Source: Callorhinchus milii (Eukaryota). From it: a DNA stretch of 64,000 nucleotides. The notes below the pieces were generated by a model, which was not told where the DNA came from, searched no databases, and saw nothing but the letters and a program-made list of their open reading frames with translations. Where the stretch lies: contig NW_024704742.1 of the NCBI RefSeq assembly GCF_018977255.1, forward strand, positions 121,150,001-121,214,000. The letters are read 5' to 3'. Both the position numbers and the translations under genes were made by a program. Each line of letters opens with the position of its first letter. Within the stretch, counting starts at the first letter, position 1. Below are positions 14,456 to 27,003 of this stretch, one piece after another.

Positions 14456-15249
14456 CTCTGAATACTCTGAACTCTTAGTTACTTAGTGCTATGTAGTAGT
14501 AGTTAAGATACAAATCTTGGTCAATCCAGTCAAAATGTCCCACTTTCTTTTCCTCATTTAAAAAACAAAATATCCACATCCTTAAAGTATAAATAAACCT
14601 CAGAACTATACAAAAATATACATATTATCTCAAACTCTTCCAGAACAGACACAAAGGTATTTAAGAGAGATGGTTAGAAGCAATTATGTGCAGAATTTAC
14701 TTTCTTTTCCTATTCATACTTAAAGTAAATCTTAAAAATAAAACCCACTCATAACCCATGGCAGTAAAGCCTTGGAATTGAAAATATCAATATTGCTTTA
14801 GCCGTATTTTGTTTGTTCCCAATTTGCCAGTAAGATTTAAAATTTCCAAAGCAGGACATAAAGGAATACGGATCTTAAGAATCATAAAGAATGTCTTCAA
14901 TCTTTTCTAAAGACTCATTGGTTTCATCCTTCTGATAATCTCCTTTGTGAAGAATTGATTTTTTTCAACAGGAAGTAGGATTCTTCCAACAGAAACTCAC
15001 ATTTCCATAAAAAGTACAAATTCAAATTATACAAATTAAACCTCCTAGTTCACCGAATAGTAAAGAGCAGGCTTTCTATATTTAAGACAATTATTAAAAA
15101 AAGGATCTTAAAAAGAAAATGTGTAAACAGAGCGGTAGGTATTTGCAAATTATTTTCAACCTCCCTGAGCAGTCTGGTACCTATGTTCACCATCTTCTGA
15201 GCTTGATTCAGTGCCCTCTTTTTGATGAGTTCATAGTCATATTTTAATT

Positions 15250-15388
15250 GTCCAAAAATGATTCCTCATTTCACTCTTAAATGGTCCGGTTCTAATTTTA
15301 AGACTATGCCCTCTCGTTTTGGATTCTCCACCAGCGGAAATAGCTTCTCTGTATCTACCCTATCAAATCCCCTTATCATCTTAAATAC
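15250..15388 (-). mobile_element. CR1 LINE fragment
   Basis: VFKMIRGFDRVDTEKLFPLV peptide from the CR1 ORF2 C-terminus. Confidence 0.75.
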
Positions 15389-17299
15389 CGCCATAGATGC
15401 GGTCACCAAGTGGAATATATATATATATATGAAATAAAGGATCACGGATAAAGCCTTGGGGTACACCAAAGATGATTTGTTGGAGCAAAATGAAATGCCA
15501 TTTGAGAAAATGAAATGAAGGCTTTGGGAAAGAAAAGATTGGAACTAAGAACACAAGTGGGCCAAAGAGTAATAGCAATGAAGATGAATCTAATGGTCCA
15601 TAATGTAAAAGCTGAAGAGAGATTGATGAGAAAAAAGAGAAGTAGACCAATATTCTGTCCAATCACTTCTTGGAACTTCTACCCTGACTTGCTTACTTAG
15701 GCTGTTATTGCATAAAATTGATATGGATAAAGGATTTACTGACAGAAACAACTGGTTACAGAGAAAATTTGAGTTTTGAAAAGAGAAAAAGCCCCAGAGC
15801 AAGATAAAGGAAAAAAGGGAAAGCAAGGCTGATTCTGAACCAAAATTGCATTTCTTTTATTTACAAATGCCACACACTGAGCTAATGATTTCTGCAAGCT
15901 TCTCACATGCACCCAGTTTACTTTCATGCATTCTTCCTGTTTGTTATTACCATTTAAAATATATTCCTACTGCTCCTTTTCCTTCCTCATCTTGAGTCAT
16001 TTTGAATTCATTCACATTAAATATCATCATTTATCACACCAGCCTTTTAATCTATATCTTCACCCCCCTACACTTGATCTGCGTGTTCTCAGTTATACTC
16101 AGATTTCAACCTCTTCCCAATTTGGCATCATGACAAAAGTCTTTCTGTCTCCATGTCAAACTAATTTCTGTGCAAAAATAGCCAGAGCGCATCACCTCCT
16201 TGCATGCCTATACAGATTTGTCAACTTCCAATACATTTCTTTTTCTCCTCCCCTGTTTTTCCATGGCTTCTGACCTTGTTGATCATTCCCCTGTGTTGCT
16301 CTGTAAAAATCGAATGTGATCACAATGAAAAGAGTAAAATCCAATCTAAATAAAATCTAAGATGGATTTTGGAAAACATGCATTTGTTCGCTGACCTGAG
16401 TTTTAATGTTTTCTTGCAAACTTACTCCCCACACGCAACCATCATTCTGAAAGGAAACACAGACTCATTGTGTGTCCGTGCACCAACCAGATGAAGGGGT
16501 TTGCATATCCCAATTTATTCTCTTCCCTCTTAAAAAAATAAAACCACCCTACAAACCGATGCCTCTTGTGGCACATTAACACTGGTTTATTTCAACAGAA
16601 CAGCTGCAGCAAATACCCACAAACTAACTGTGCACATTTTAAAAACACTTTATGTGCCAAGCATGACACAGCTAAGGAAATATTTACTAGCATAACTATT
16701 ATAATTTAAAAATATGCATGAAATACATTATTCTAAATGTCATATTATTTGATGTTTATAAAAAGCTTAATTTGGAATACTACAAAAATGATTTTGTCAA
16801 AAATGTCATGTTACGGTCTGTACTTTCTCCTAGTATCAAGCCTCTCAATCTGCTCATCTTTCATTTATTGAATATTCTGAGTGCAAAATATTTTGTCATG
16901 TGCAACATTTTAAAATGCTTCATCTGCCATTTTGCTCTGAAACCTTTCTCTTACTCTCAAAGCAAAAATATCCGCAATCTACTAACCATGTGCTAAATAT
17001 TCTAAATCGATAGAAAAGGTTGTTTATAAGGTTGAACGTTTCATTAACGCTTCACACCACCATTCTTATATTGGTGAGGGGGGTGCGGAGAAGTATTAAT
17101 TTCATTAAACAAGATCGAGTACCATTTGTGGGGGGGGGGTCTCTGCGGCAACAGGGGGAATATTAAATCAGCTGAATGTGACAGTGTGTATTCTGCATAT
17201 CTGAGCACAAACCCTTTCCCTTTGCTTCGCTCTTTCTGCTTCTGTCTGACAGTCAGTCAGTCTCACGCCCAAATGGGAATCAGCACCAACCTTCCTTGT

Positions 17300-18612
17300 C
17301 CTGCCAAATAGTGTCAAAAAAAAGGAGCGCAGTGCGCATGTGCAAACTGCAGCTCGGCGGCAGTGCGCATCCTAAGGCGCGGCGGGAAAGAGGTGGTGGC
17401 GGTGGTGTCCGTCTGTCTCCTCTGTTCGCTCTCCCAGTCAAGGACTTTGCTTTCGGATCGATTTCAATTTGCCGAACGGCGTTTGATTTTTGTATTAAAA
17501 AAATAATCGGGGAAAGGCGGGCGGGGAGGGGTTGGGTGGTGGTGGTGGGGGGGAAAACATACCGCGAAACGACATCAAAAAACAAAACAAACGCGAAAAA
17601 AAAAACCCCACACCCCAGAAGCCGAACGAGTTGGCTTTTATTTTTTTGAGCGGGGGGGCTTCGAAAAAAAAGAAGAAGAACGCGTCGGGACATGAGCGTT
17701 GGCCGCTCCGCGCGCTCCAGTTCGAATAAACTAACGAGGTCTTTTTTTTTCAAAATGAAATTCCGTTAGGGAGGGGGGAGGGGGGGGGGGGAGCAGGGGG
17801 GCGGCCGCGCGCGCGCGCGCACGCGCACGTACGCACGCTTGCGGAGCAGCCCGCGTACGCGCGCCTGCAACAGACAAGGCAAGCGCGGGGGGGTCGGGTA
17901 GGGCCGCGGCTGCGCGCGCACGCGCCCGCGCAGGCGGCCCGCGCGCCCAACGGCTGTTACGGTGACGTCCGCAGAGAGGCTCGTTATTTGGCAGGGCGTT
18001 AATCTCAAGACTTGGAAGAAACCACCGGCCTGGTAACAAAACACCGACCAGCAACAACCCACCCACCCACCCACCGCCAGCCAGCCCTGCCCTGCCCCGT
18101 TTCCGAGACAACCAAACAACCACTGAAACAAAATACACGCACATATATGCACACAAGCGCGCTCAGGTCTCGAAAAGGAACGCTTTTTTTTCTCTCTCCC
18201 TCTCTCTCTCTCTCTCTCTCGCCTTTCACCCGCCGCCTCCTCCTCCTGTTTCTTGAAACCAGATGTATTCCAGACACGTCCAGCACCAGCCGCAGTGGCC
18301 AGAGCCGCCGCCGCCGCCAGCGAGCGAGCGAGCGAGCGATCCATCCCGTTTTGCTGAGTTGAGCCGTCTTCCGAAAAAACAATGAATGATCCCGAAAGGA
18401 GGCGAGGTGTGTGCGTGTGTGTGTTTTTCTTTTTTAAAAAAAAATCAGCCACCCACCCACCCACCCACCGGCTTTCTCAACTGCTGCTTTCTTTCTCACT
18501 TACCATCGCTGCGCTTGATTTCGACGTAAATCCCGATTTGGACTTTTCCGAAATTGACCGCCATGCTTCATCCGCGACCATTCGTCAGTTAACGTCTGTG
18601 TGTGTTTTTTTA

Positions 18613-18646
<34 letters not shown>

Positions 18647-18930
18647 GGTGTATTATCCCAGTTTCCACGCCTGCTTTGCCCTCTCGCCTGTATTCCGCCT
18701 GTTCCGTGCCCGGTGCTGAACCGCCAGAGAGAGGCGGACCGCAGCCAACAGTTCCGCGCATGCCCAGTTCCTTCCATTCAGCCGCCACCTTTTTCACATA
18801 AAGGCAAAGTGTCTCTTGTGTCTTGTGATTTAATGTTATGCCGACAAAAAAAACTGCGCACACACACACACACCCATCCATCTCATCCATCCCCAGTTTG
18901 GCTGAATTGTTAACTTGAGGATGTTCCATT
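17300..18930. promoter_or_regulatory. CpG island / KIF2A promoter and 5' part of intron 1
   Basis: Very CpG-dense compared with the CpG-depleted flanks; contains exon 1, NRF1-like GCGCATG motifs (about 17334 and 18756), G-runs and (CG)n tracts. Confidence 0.85.
18504..18564 (-). CDS. KIF2A: KIF2A coding exon 1 ([21 protein letters not shown])
   Basis: ATG at 18564; 61 nt followed by a GTAAGT donor; the peptide matches the KIF2A N-terminus (human [22 protein letters not shown]); lies in a CpG island. Confidence 0.95.
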
Positions 18931-19069
18931 CCGGGCCTCGATTTTAATAATAATAATACTAATAATCCTTGCATTTGATATAGCGCTTTTCACGTCGGGA
19001 AATTAATATTAAGCGTCACGAGATTAAGCGTCCCTGGGTAGTACAAACAACTTGCATTTATTTTTATTT

Positions 19070-19745
19070 TATGTGGAAATCCATCGCCACGCTTAAGAGT
19101 ATCCAAACAAAACTGATATTTCCATGCATCCCACCTACACGTGGAAATTTCAGATATAGATTGTTGGAATGGAATGCGCCTCTATCCCTGGAGGGACGCA
19201 TCCTCCTTACCTAATTGGAGTCCTGTAGCGTATTGGTGAGAGCACTCACCCCGCAAGCGAGAGGACCTGGGTTCAATTTCCAGGCAGGGCAAAACCTTAG
19301 GCATGTTTCTTTACTCCACATGCCTCATCTTACCTAGCAGTAAGCAGAAACCAGGTTGTTAGTTGATTAGCGGATCGCTTTTCCAGCAGTAGTAAAGCCA
19401 TCCAAAAACAAATTGGATCCCTCAATCCACTACTGTCTGGGACACTGCTGTGTGGAATTGACTACCGCATTTCTCCCACAAGATATAGAGTAAATTCACT
19501 TTCATAGTATATTCTGTATACTGCACTTTGAGATATGATAAGGTGCTATATCAAATGCAAGGAATATTATTATAATTCTGGAAAGTATTGGGCACAGGTT
19601 GGCAAGAACCAAGGCTTGGGGATCCCCGAGTGTGTGATGGGGCACCGCTGGAGTCTAACCAGTTAAACCACATAGCTTGCTATTGATAGCACTGTCCAGC
19701 AAGCTTTCCTGCTGCTTATCCAGATAGGACCATGCTACCCGTTAA
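19070..19745 (+). repeat. Family X repeat interrupted by a SINE
   Basis: The sequence on either side of 19217-19572 joins to match the uninterrupted copy at 1215-1450. Confidence 0.75.
19217..19572 (+). mobile_element. Full-length tRNA-derived SINE
   Basis: GGAGTCCTGTAGC head with A and B boxes, L2-type tail; short TAATT duplication at both ends. Confidence 0.85.
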
Positions 19746-19939
19746 TGTCTGTGGAACATTGCTGTGCAGAATTGGGCTGCTGCATTTGCCTATAATTACA
19801 CAGTCTGTCCATCTCATAGTAAATCCTGTGAAGTGCTTTGAGACGTCCTTCTGACGTGAAAAGCGCTATAGCAAATGCAAGGATTATTATTAGACAATCT
19901 GGGCATGCACAGTTAAGGGAGAGATAGCAGAATAAATTG

Positions 19940-20755
19940 AGGGATGTCTGTAAAATAGGAAACAAAGAATAGGAGTAAATAGTAGCTTCTCAGACTGGCA
20001 GAGTAGGAAATGGTGTTCCGCAGGAATCCATACTGGGACCACTATCACATACATAAATTATTTGGGTTCAGACATAGAAAATTTAGTGTAAAACTTTCCA
20101 GATTACAGCAAACTGGGCAGGGGGAGAGGGTGATGAATAATAAAGAGGATTGCAAAAAGATGCAGGAAGACATAAATAGGATTGTAGATTGCGTAGATGA
20201 GAGGCAGATGAAATTTAATTATAGGGAAATGGAAATGATTCATGAAGAATAAAGAAGCTCTTAGATAGGACCATGAGAGTGGTAGAGGAAAAAAGAGTTC
20301 ACAAAGCTTAAAAGTAGCTGCACAAGTGGACAAAGTCATTAAAAGGCAGATATGGTCCTTGGCTTTATGTACAGAGGAATAGAATATAAAAGTAGGAAGG
20401 TATGTTATTTTTTTTTAAAAAATCTTGCACTACATTTGGAGTACTACAGGATTCAACCTTCAAGAAATATTGGACAGGTTGCAGCTTGTCTATGTAGCAT
20501 TGAGAAAATTGATAGGGGACCTGATAGATTGTTTAAGATTATGAAAGGATTTAATAAGGTGGATATTGATAGGCTATTTCTACTTGTTACTTAGCCCAAA
20601 CAATGAGTCATAAATATATTATAAATTTGCTAGTTGTAGATCTAATTGGGATTTAAGGAGGAATTTATTCATGTGGAAGTTGGTGAGACTGTAGTACCCA
20701 TTGGCAAAAATGAGGCTGAAGCAAACAGTATCAATGTATTTCAGAGAAAATGTAG
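19940..20755 (+). mobile_element. Old CR1 LINE fragment
   Basis: Degenerate CR1 ORF2 (EDCKKMQEDINRIVD; LGFMYRGIEYKSR). Confidence 0.75.
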
Positions 20756-20756
20756 C

Positions 20757-21426
20757 AAGCAATTAAGAAGGCGAACAGTATGTTAGCATTCATTATGAAA
20801 GGATTAGAGTATCAGAGTAGGGAAGTCTTGCTGCAACTGTATAGGACCCTGGTCAGACCACACCTGGAATACTGCATCCAGTTTTGGTCTCCTCATTTAA
20901 GGAAGGATGTACTTGCCTTGGAGGGGGTACAGTGTAGATTTACTAGATTAGTGCCAGGGATGAAGGGGATGAGTTACGAGGATAAGCTGACCAATTTGGG
21001 CCTATATTCTCTAGAATATAGAAGAATTAGAGGCGATCTTATAGAAACCTATAAGATCATCAAAGGGCATGATAGAGTAGATAGTGGGAGGTTGTTTCCC
21101 CTGGTTGGAGAAACTAAAACCAGGGGTCACAACCTTAAAATCAGAGGCAGCCCTTTCGCACTGAGTTGAGGAAGAACTTCTTCACTCAAAGGGTGGTGAA
21201 TGTATGGAACTCACTACCCCAAAGGGCTGTTGACACTCAGTCCTTGAACATATTCAAGACTGAGATAGATAGATTTCTTATTGTAAAAGGGATTAAGGGA
21301 TATGGGGATAAGGCAGGGTCAGGTTATTAGCTGGAGTTAGATTAGAAGATCAGCCATGATTGAATGGCGGGGCAGGCTCGACGGGCCAAATGGCCTACTC
21401 CTGCTCCTACATGTTATGTTATGTTA
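20757..21426 (+). mobile_element. Younger 5'-truncated CR1 LINE
   Basis: ORF LLQLYRTLVRPHLEYCIQFWSPHLRKD; 3' tail GGCCTACTCCTGCTCCT followed by (ATGTT)n. Confidence 0.9.
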
Positions 21427-21646
21427 TATACAAGGGAAAAGGGTTTAGAGGGCTATAGATGAGGAGAATAGGAGAGGTGGGGGTTTGTATGGAGTATAAA
21501 TACCCACATGGACTATTTGGGTAAAATGGTCTGTTTGTGTGCTGTACCACAATGTAAATCTATATAATTCTACTAAACACTTATTTTTCTCTCTTATCAT
21601 GCACCATTCAATCATTCAAGGTTCTTTTTTTGCCCCTATGAACTAC

Positions 21647-22180
21647 TTGTATACTAATAAAGACAAAGTGTCTGTGTGTCTGTCCACTGAGAACGCAAAA
21701 AAAAAATTGACGTGGAGACATGATTTATACCTCATCGGAAAGGTCTTGTATGGGGGAGAGTCATGGGCATATTTTTTTCAGGGATCTCCTATCATGACCT
21801 AAACAAGCTCATCACACATGTATGGGTTCCAACAAGGAGTCCTCCCAACTAGGAGTCGTCCCACAGGAGACCTCCCACTGAGGCCTCCCACTGAATCTTC
21901 CCAACAGGAGTCCTCCCACTGACTCTTCCCACTGAGTCCTTCCAAGAGGAGTCCTCCCAAAGGAGTCCTCCCACAGGAGTCCTCCCAAAAAGATATGTGT
22001 GCAAATATGTGAACAAGGGATGCTAACGAGTTCAATAGCACATTTTCTTAATCTTAAGTGATAAAAATGCCTAAGAAGCGAAGATCAAGCCTTTCAAGGA
22101 CAAATAAAAATGCCAGACGAAAGAGAGAAGGCCGATTAAATGAAACTGGTTGCAAGCGTAGCTGCATCGAGTACAGCTAC
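21647..22180 (+). mobile_element. Probable non-autonomous Helitron with internal minisatellite
   Basis: 5' T(G)TATACTAATAAA followed by TGTC repeats; short basic ORF MPKKRRSSLSRTNKNARRKREGRLNET; subterminal hairpin TGCAAGC-GTA-GCTGCA at 22151-22166 and a CAGCTAC|T end. Confidence 0.6.
21836..21988. repeat. Minisatellite with 13-15 bp units ((A)GGAGTCCTCCCAAC / CTGAGTCCTCCCA)
   Basis: About ten degenerate tandem units visible. Confidence 0.85.
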
Positions 22181-23649
22181 TATTCTGTAAAGGATGTGGT
22201 AATGGTAAATTTATGGAAACACCAAAATTATCAGTTGCCCACTAGGCAGTGCTAGGTAGCCTTATATTGAGTGTACGTTTGTATTTACACCTTTTACAAT
22301 AAAGTTGGTTGAATCCATGCTGCCTGTTTTCAATTTATGGAAACATCCATCAACTTGTTATTGGATTTGTTTAAGAATCTGTGCGGAATCATAAGCTCTG
22401 ACATGCATCTTTCAATTCTATCCATGATATTTTAGTGATAATAATTACTGATGATACTGATTACCAATCAATGTAGAACTGATCTTTATTAATTAGTTAT
22501 TTCCCTGGCTATTACCAACCGGTTAATGGTCACATGCAATTAGTTAGGGTACCCTACAATGAATATAATGTTCATATTAGACTGAGGTTAATTTAGTATT
22601 TGATCTTGTTCATGAGTTTCATTAACATGCTGGAGAAATACTGTGTATTAAACTTTATTTAAAACATTTTATTAATACAAAAGTAAATGAAACACCAGCA
22701 TAACTATCAATGAGTCACATCAGAATAATAAAGACATGAAATAATATGATGCAGCAAAACTACAGGTTGGAAATATATACTTACAGCTAGACATATGCTC
22801 AATAATAAGGCTAAAAAGGGAAAAGAAAGGAGACATCAGACTACCACAAAGACACAGCATCCATGATAATAATAGGTTAAAGAAAGATACAAGATGAACT
22901 AAGTAGTTGAGAGAAAAAAAGTTCAGTGAAGGAGAAGGCAAGAAGGCCAGGAAACGGATAAAATGTATTTTGAAAAGGTCTTTTGAAGTACAAGCACACA
23001 GAAAAATTACATCATAAGTAATCAGGGGGATTAATCTACACTTAAGAGAGTATATCCCTTGTGTGAGGTTACAGGAACAGTCAAAACCGCAGGTCTCAAA
23101 GCAGTGATGATTTGACAAAGATCCAGTATTGACCATTGTGAAGAGCTTCAAGAACCTCTCCAAAGTGATTACTGCCCTTGTTTTTTGCTCTATGGCCACT
23201 TCTCATGGATAGGAAGGGCAAATTGCAGATGGTCCAATGGCTGAAGAATTTTGAAGGGTTAAGGGTGTTTTTTTCAGGAAAGAGGTAATGGCAATGGTCA
23301 GGAAACATACAGATCACTATCTTTATTTTTTAGATGCTGACCTACTTTCTCTTCATCTGAACGGCAAAATGTCTTACAACCTTTAATACACTCCCAAACT
23401 GGTTATTTTGTTTGCCAATCGTATGCTATAATAACAATTTAAATCAAGAATAGAAAACTATTCCAAACATCTCTGTCAGGTAATGCTGGGAGAAAAAAGC
23501 TTAGTACCTATTTCAGATACGTCAACAACTTACATTTATCTAGCGTCCTTCATATAGAATAATGTTTAGGAAAAATTCCCAGCGACAGTGTCAGACAAAG
23601 GGGAGCAGGAGATGACTGCCTCAAAGCTAAACTCAGTATTCTCAGAGTC

Positions 23650-24075
23650 TAATAATAATAACAACTTGCACTTATACAGTGCCCTCCATGCCTGGCAGCG
23701 TTTCAGAGCGCTTAACAATGGTGGAATGAAAATCAATGGGAAGGGGAAGGAGACCATAGGTGCAGTCGAAAAGGAAGGTCTTCAGGCACGATCTGAGGAT
23801 GGGGAAGAAGGGGCGAGGCAAAGGGATTGAGGGAGGGTGTTACAAAGTTTTGGGGCATAGTGGCTGAAGGCACGACCACCAATGGTGGAGCAGAGGATTC
23901 GGGGGACATGGAGGAGGCCGGACCCAGTCGAGCAGAGGCTTCAGGTACTGCTGTGGGGAGAGAGGTTTGCGAGATAGGGGGGTACCAAGGAATGGAGGGA
24001 TTTAAACACGAGAGTGAGGATCTTGAAGTCGATCTGCTCTGTAACAGGGAGCCAGTGGAGTTGGCAAGAACTGGA
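23650..24075 (-). mobile_element. L2 LINE 3' fragment
   Basis: LHWLPVTEQIDFKILTLVFKSLH peptide and an L2 tail. Confidence 0.8.
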
Positions 24076-24107
24076 GTAATAATAATAATAGTAATCCTTG
24101 CATTTGA

Positions 24108-25747
24108 CTCCACTCCTTATCTCCCAGCTCCACCCCCTTGCCCCACTTCTCACAGACATCATCAACCTGTCCCTCTCCTCTGGCTCTGTTCCCATTTCCC
24201 TAAAAACTGCCATCATCACTCCCACTTCAAAAAAAATCCTCCCTTGATGCGTCGCAGCTATCAAGCTACCGGCCCATCTACAACCTTCCCTTCCTGTCCA
24301 AGGTCCTTGAAAGAGTCGTCACCTCCCAGCTGCGCTCTTTCCTCTCCACCCATTCATTATTCGAACCCCTTCAGTCGAGTTTCCGTGCTGCCCATAGCAC
24401 AGAAACTGCCCTGGTCAAGGTCACCAATGACATCTTGACCATCTGCGACCAGGGCTCCCTCTGCCTCCTCGTCCTCCTCGACCTATCAGCCGCATTCGAT
24501 ATGGTCGACCACGCTATACTCCTCCACTGCTTGTCCTCCCACCTCAAACTTCAAGGCCCTGTCCTTGAGTGGTGTAGGTCCTACCTCTCCCACCGTCTTC
24601 ATTTTGTTTCCACAAACGGCTTTTCCTCCACCCCCCGCACTGTCTCGTGCGGTGTCCCTCAAGGCTCTGTCCTCGGTCCCCTCCTCTTCACCCTCTATAT
24701 GCTCCCCCTCGGTGACATCATCCGCAGACATGGGGTTAACTTCCACATGTATGCGGATGACACCCAACTCTACCTTTCCTCCTCTACCCTCAACTCCACG
24801 ACCACCGATGTCCTGACAGCTGCCTGTCCGACATCGAGTCCTGGACGAGAGACAACTTTCTTCAGCTCAACGTGCACAAAACTGTGGCCCTCCTGATTGG
24901 CTCACGTCAGTGTCTCCGCACCTCAGGCGCTGACAGCATCAGCATCCAAGGCTGCACTCTCCACCTCTCAAAGCCAGTCAGGAAACTCAGCGATCTGTTC
25001 AACCCTGAGCTGTCCTTTCTCCCTCATATCCGCGCCACAACTGGCACCGCCTTCCATCACCTCCGGAACATCGCCAGACTATGGCACTACCTCACCCCTC
25101 ACGCTGCTGAAACACTGGTCCACGCCTTTATCACCTCAAGGCTGGACTATGGGAACTCTCTCCTCGCCGGCCTTCCCAGCACCTCCCTCCACAAGCCACA
25201 GGTCATTCAGAACTCTGCAGCTCGTGTACTGTCCCCCACCAGGCTTCGCGACCACATCACTCCCACCCTCGCTCGCCTCCACTGGCTCCCCATCCCCCAG
25301 AGGATCGAATTCAAGATCCTCATCCTCACCTACAAGGCCATTCACGGCCTTGCTCCCTCCTACCTCTCCGACCTACTATCCCCCTACTTACCTGCCCATA
25401 CCCTCAGTTCCTCTGGTTCCGGTCTGCTCCACATCCCCCGCTCGAACCGCCCTACCATCGGTGGCCGGGCCTTCAGCCTCTCAGCCCCTAGGCTCTGGAA
25501 CTCCATCCCCCAGTGCCTTCGCCTTGCTTCCTCCCTTTCCTCCTTCAAGGTCGGTCTCAAGACCTTTCTCTTCGACCGTGCCTTCAGCTCCCCTCTCGAC
25601 TCTCTACCCCCTCCTCGCTCCCTCCCTTCCCTCCCCTCACCCTGACCATTTCCCCCCTGCTCGGGTCCAGACACAACTGTCCAGCGCCTTGGGATGTCCT
25701 CCCGACGTGAAAGGCGCTCTATAAATGAAATCGTGTTGTTGTTGTTG
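24108..25747 (+). mobile_element. Young L2 LINE, about 1.6 kb (RT domain to 3' tail), frameshifted
   Basis: [26 protein letters not shown] and YADDTQLY motifs; 257-aa C-terminal ORF; stem-loop tail and (TTG)n. Confidence 0.95.
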
Positions 25748-25955
25748 ATATAACGCCTTTCACGTTTTCTAGATGTCTCAAAGCGCTTTACAGAATATGC
25801 TGTAAAGTGAATTGACTGTATACTGGTGGGTGAAACGCGATAGCCAATTGCACACAGCAGTGTCCCACAAACAGTCGTGGATTGAAAATGACCAATTTAT
25901 AATTTTTTTGTTTTGGAGGGATTATTATTAGGCGTGTGGAGTCAGGAAACTTGCC
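25748..25955 (-). mobile_element. tRNA-SINE 3' part, tail-to-tail with the L2 copy
   Basis: Reverse complement of the SINE body and tail. Confidence 0.75.
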
Positions 25956-25964
25956 TAATAATAT

Positions 25965-26736
25965 TTTGATGCCCGGGTAATCGGGGTGCGAAATTTGGTG
26001 CGGGTGAGAATGCGGGCGGCGGAGTTTTGAATGAGCTGGATTTTGTGAATAGTAGAGGAGGCGAGACCAGCGAGGAGGTTGTTAGACTTGTCCAGCCAAG
26101 AGGTGACAAAGGCATGGACAAGTGTTTCGGCAGCTTTTGGGGTGAGGTATTGTCGCAGATGGGCAACCTGGCGGAGGTGGAAGAAACTGGTGCTGGTCAG
26201 GGACCGGATGTGGGGGAGGAAGGATAACTGGGGTTCGAACCTGATGCCTAAGTTGTGCACTGGTTCAGAGAGTTTTAAGAACAGGTGAGTTATGTTGAGG
26301 AGATCAAAACCATGGGATAGAAGACATTGAGAGGAGCCAAAAAGTATGGCTTCCTTCTTGTTGACGTTTAACCGCAGGAAATTTGCGCTCAACCAGCTCC
26401 TGATGTCCAACAGACAAGCTGACAGAACATCAGGGGCCTGGGGCTCACAGCTGGAGGTGGAAAAGTAGAGTTGAGTGTCATCCACATACATGTGGAAGTT
26501 AACCCCATGTCTGTGGATGATATCACCAAGAGGGGGCATATAAATGAGGAAGAGAAGGGGCCCAAGGATGGATCCTAGGGATACTCCACAGGTGACCGGG
26601 TAGAAGCGCGAAGAAAAGCATTTGCATAAATGTAATACTGGCAGTTTATGATGGAGAACAGGCGGTGAAGGAGGATGGCGTGATTGCGTCAAACATGGCG
26701 CAGAGGTCCAGGAGGACAAGAAGGCAGAGGGAGCCC
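25965..26736 (-). mobile_element. L2 LINE fragment (RT)
   Basis: 254-aa ORF with LGPLLFLIYM and YVDDTQLY. Confidence 0.88.
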
Positions 26737-27003
26737 TTGCATTTGATTTAACACCTTATCATGTCTTCGAAAAGTCTCAAAGTGCTTCACAGAATATACT
26801 GTAAAGTGAATTAACTGTATATTTTATGGGCGAAACACGCAGCCAATTGCACAAAGCAGTGTCCCACAAACTGTTGTGGATTGAGTGACCATTTTTTTTT
26901 CTTTGAAGGAATTATTACCCCCGGAAAAGCGATCCACCAATCTACTAACAACCGGTTTCCTACTTACTGCTAGGTAAACAGAGGTGTGTGGAGTAAGGAA
27001 ACT
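26737..27003 (-). mobile_element. tRNA-SINE lacking its head
   Basis: Body and tail match the SINE family. Confidence 0.75.

Noticed and set aside
18260..18344. Alternative KIF2A first exon MDRSLARSLAAAAALATAAGAGRVWNTS (phase 1)
   Set aside because: The frame fits exon 2, but the donor (GTTTCA) is weak and the peptide comes largely from (GCTC)n and (GGC)n repeats.
17280..18974. Long ORFs in the CpG island (up to 232 aa)
   Set aside because: Low-complexity products of GC-rich and microsatellite DNA with few stop codons.
21836..21988. CRISPR-like array
   Set aside because: Eukaryotic context; short head-to-tail units with no unique spacers.
22720..23317. 159-aa and 73-aa minus-strand ORFs
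   Set aside because: No recognisable domain or splice support; likely decayed repeat or chance.
24435..25724. Host gene from overlapping 153-275 aa ORFs
   Set aside because: Frameshifted L2 ORF2 and its alternative frames.
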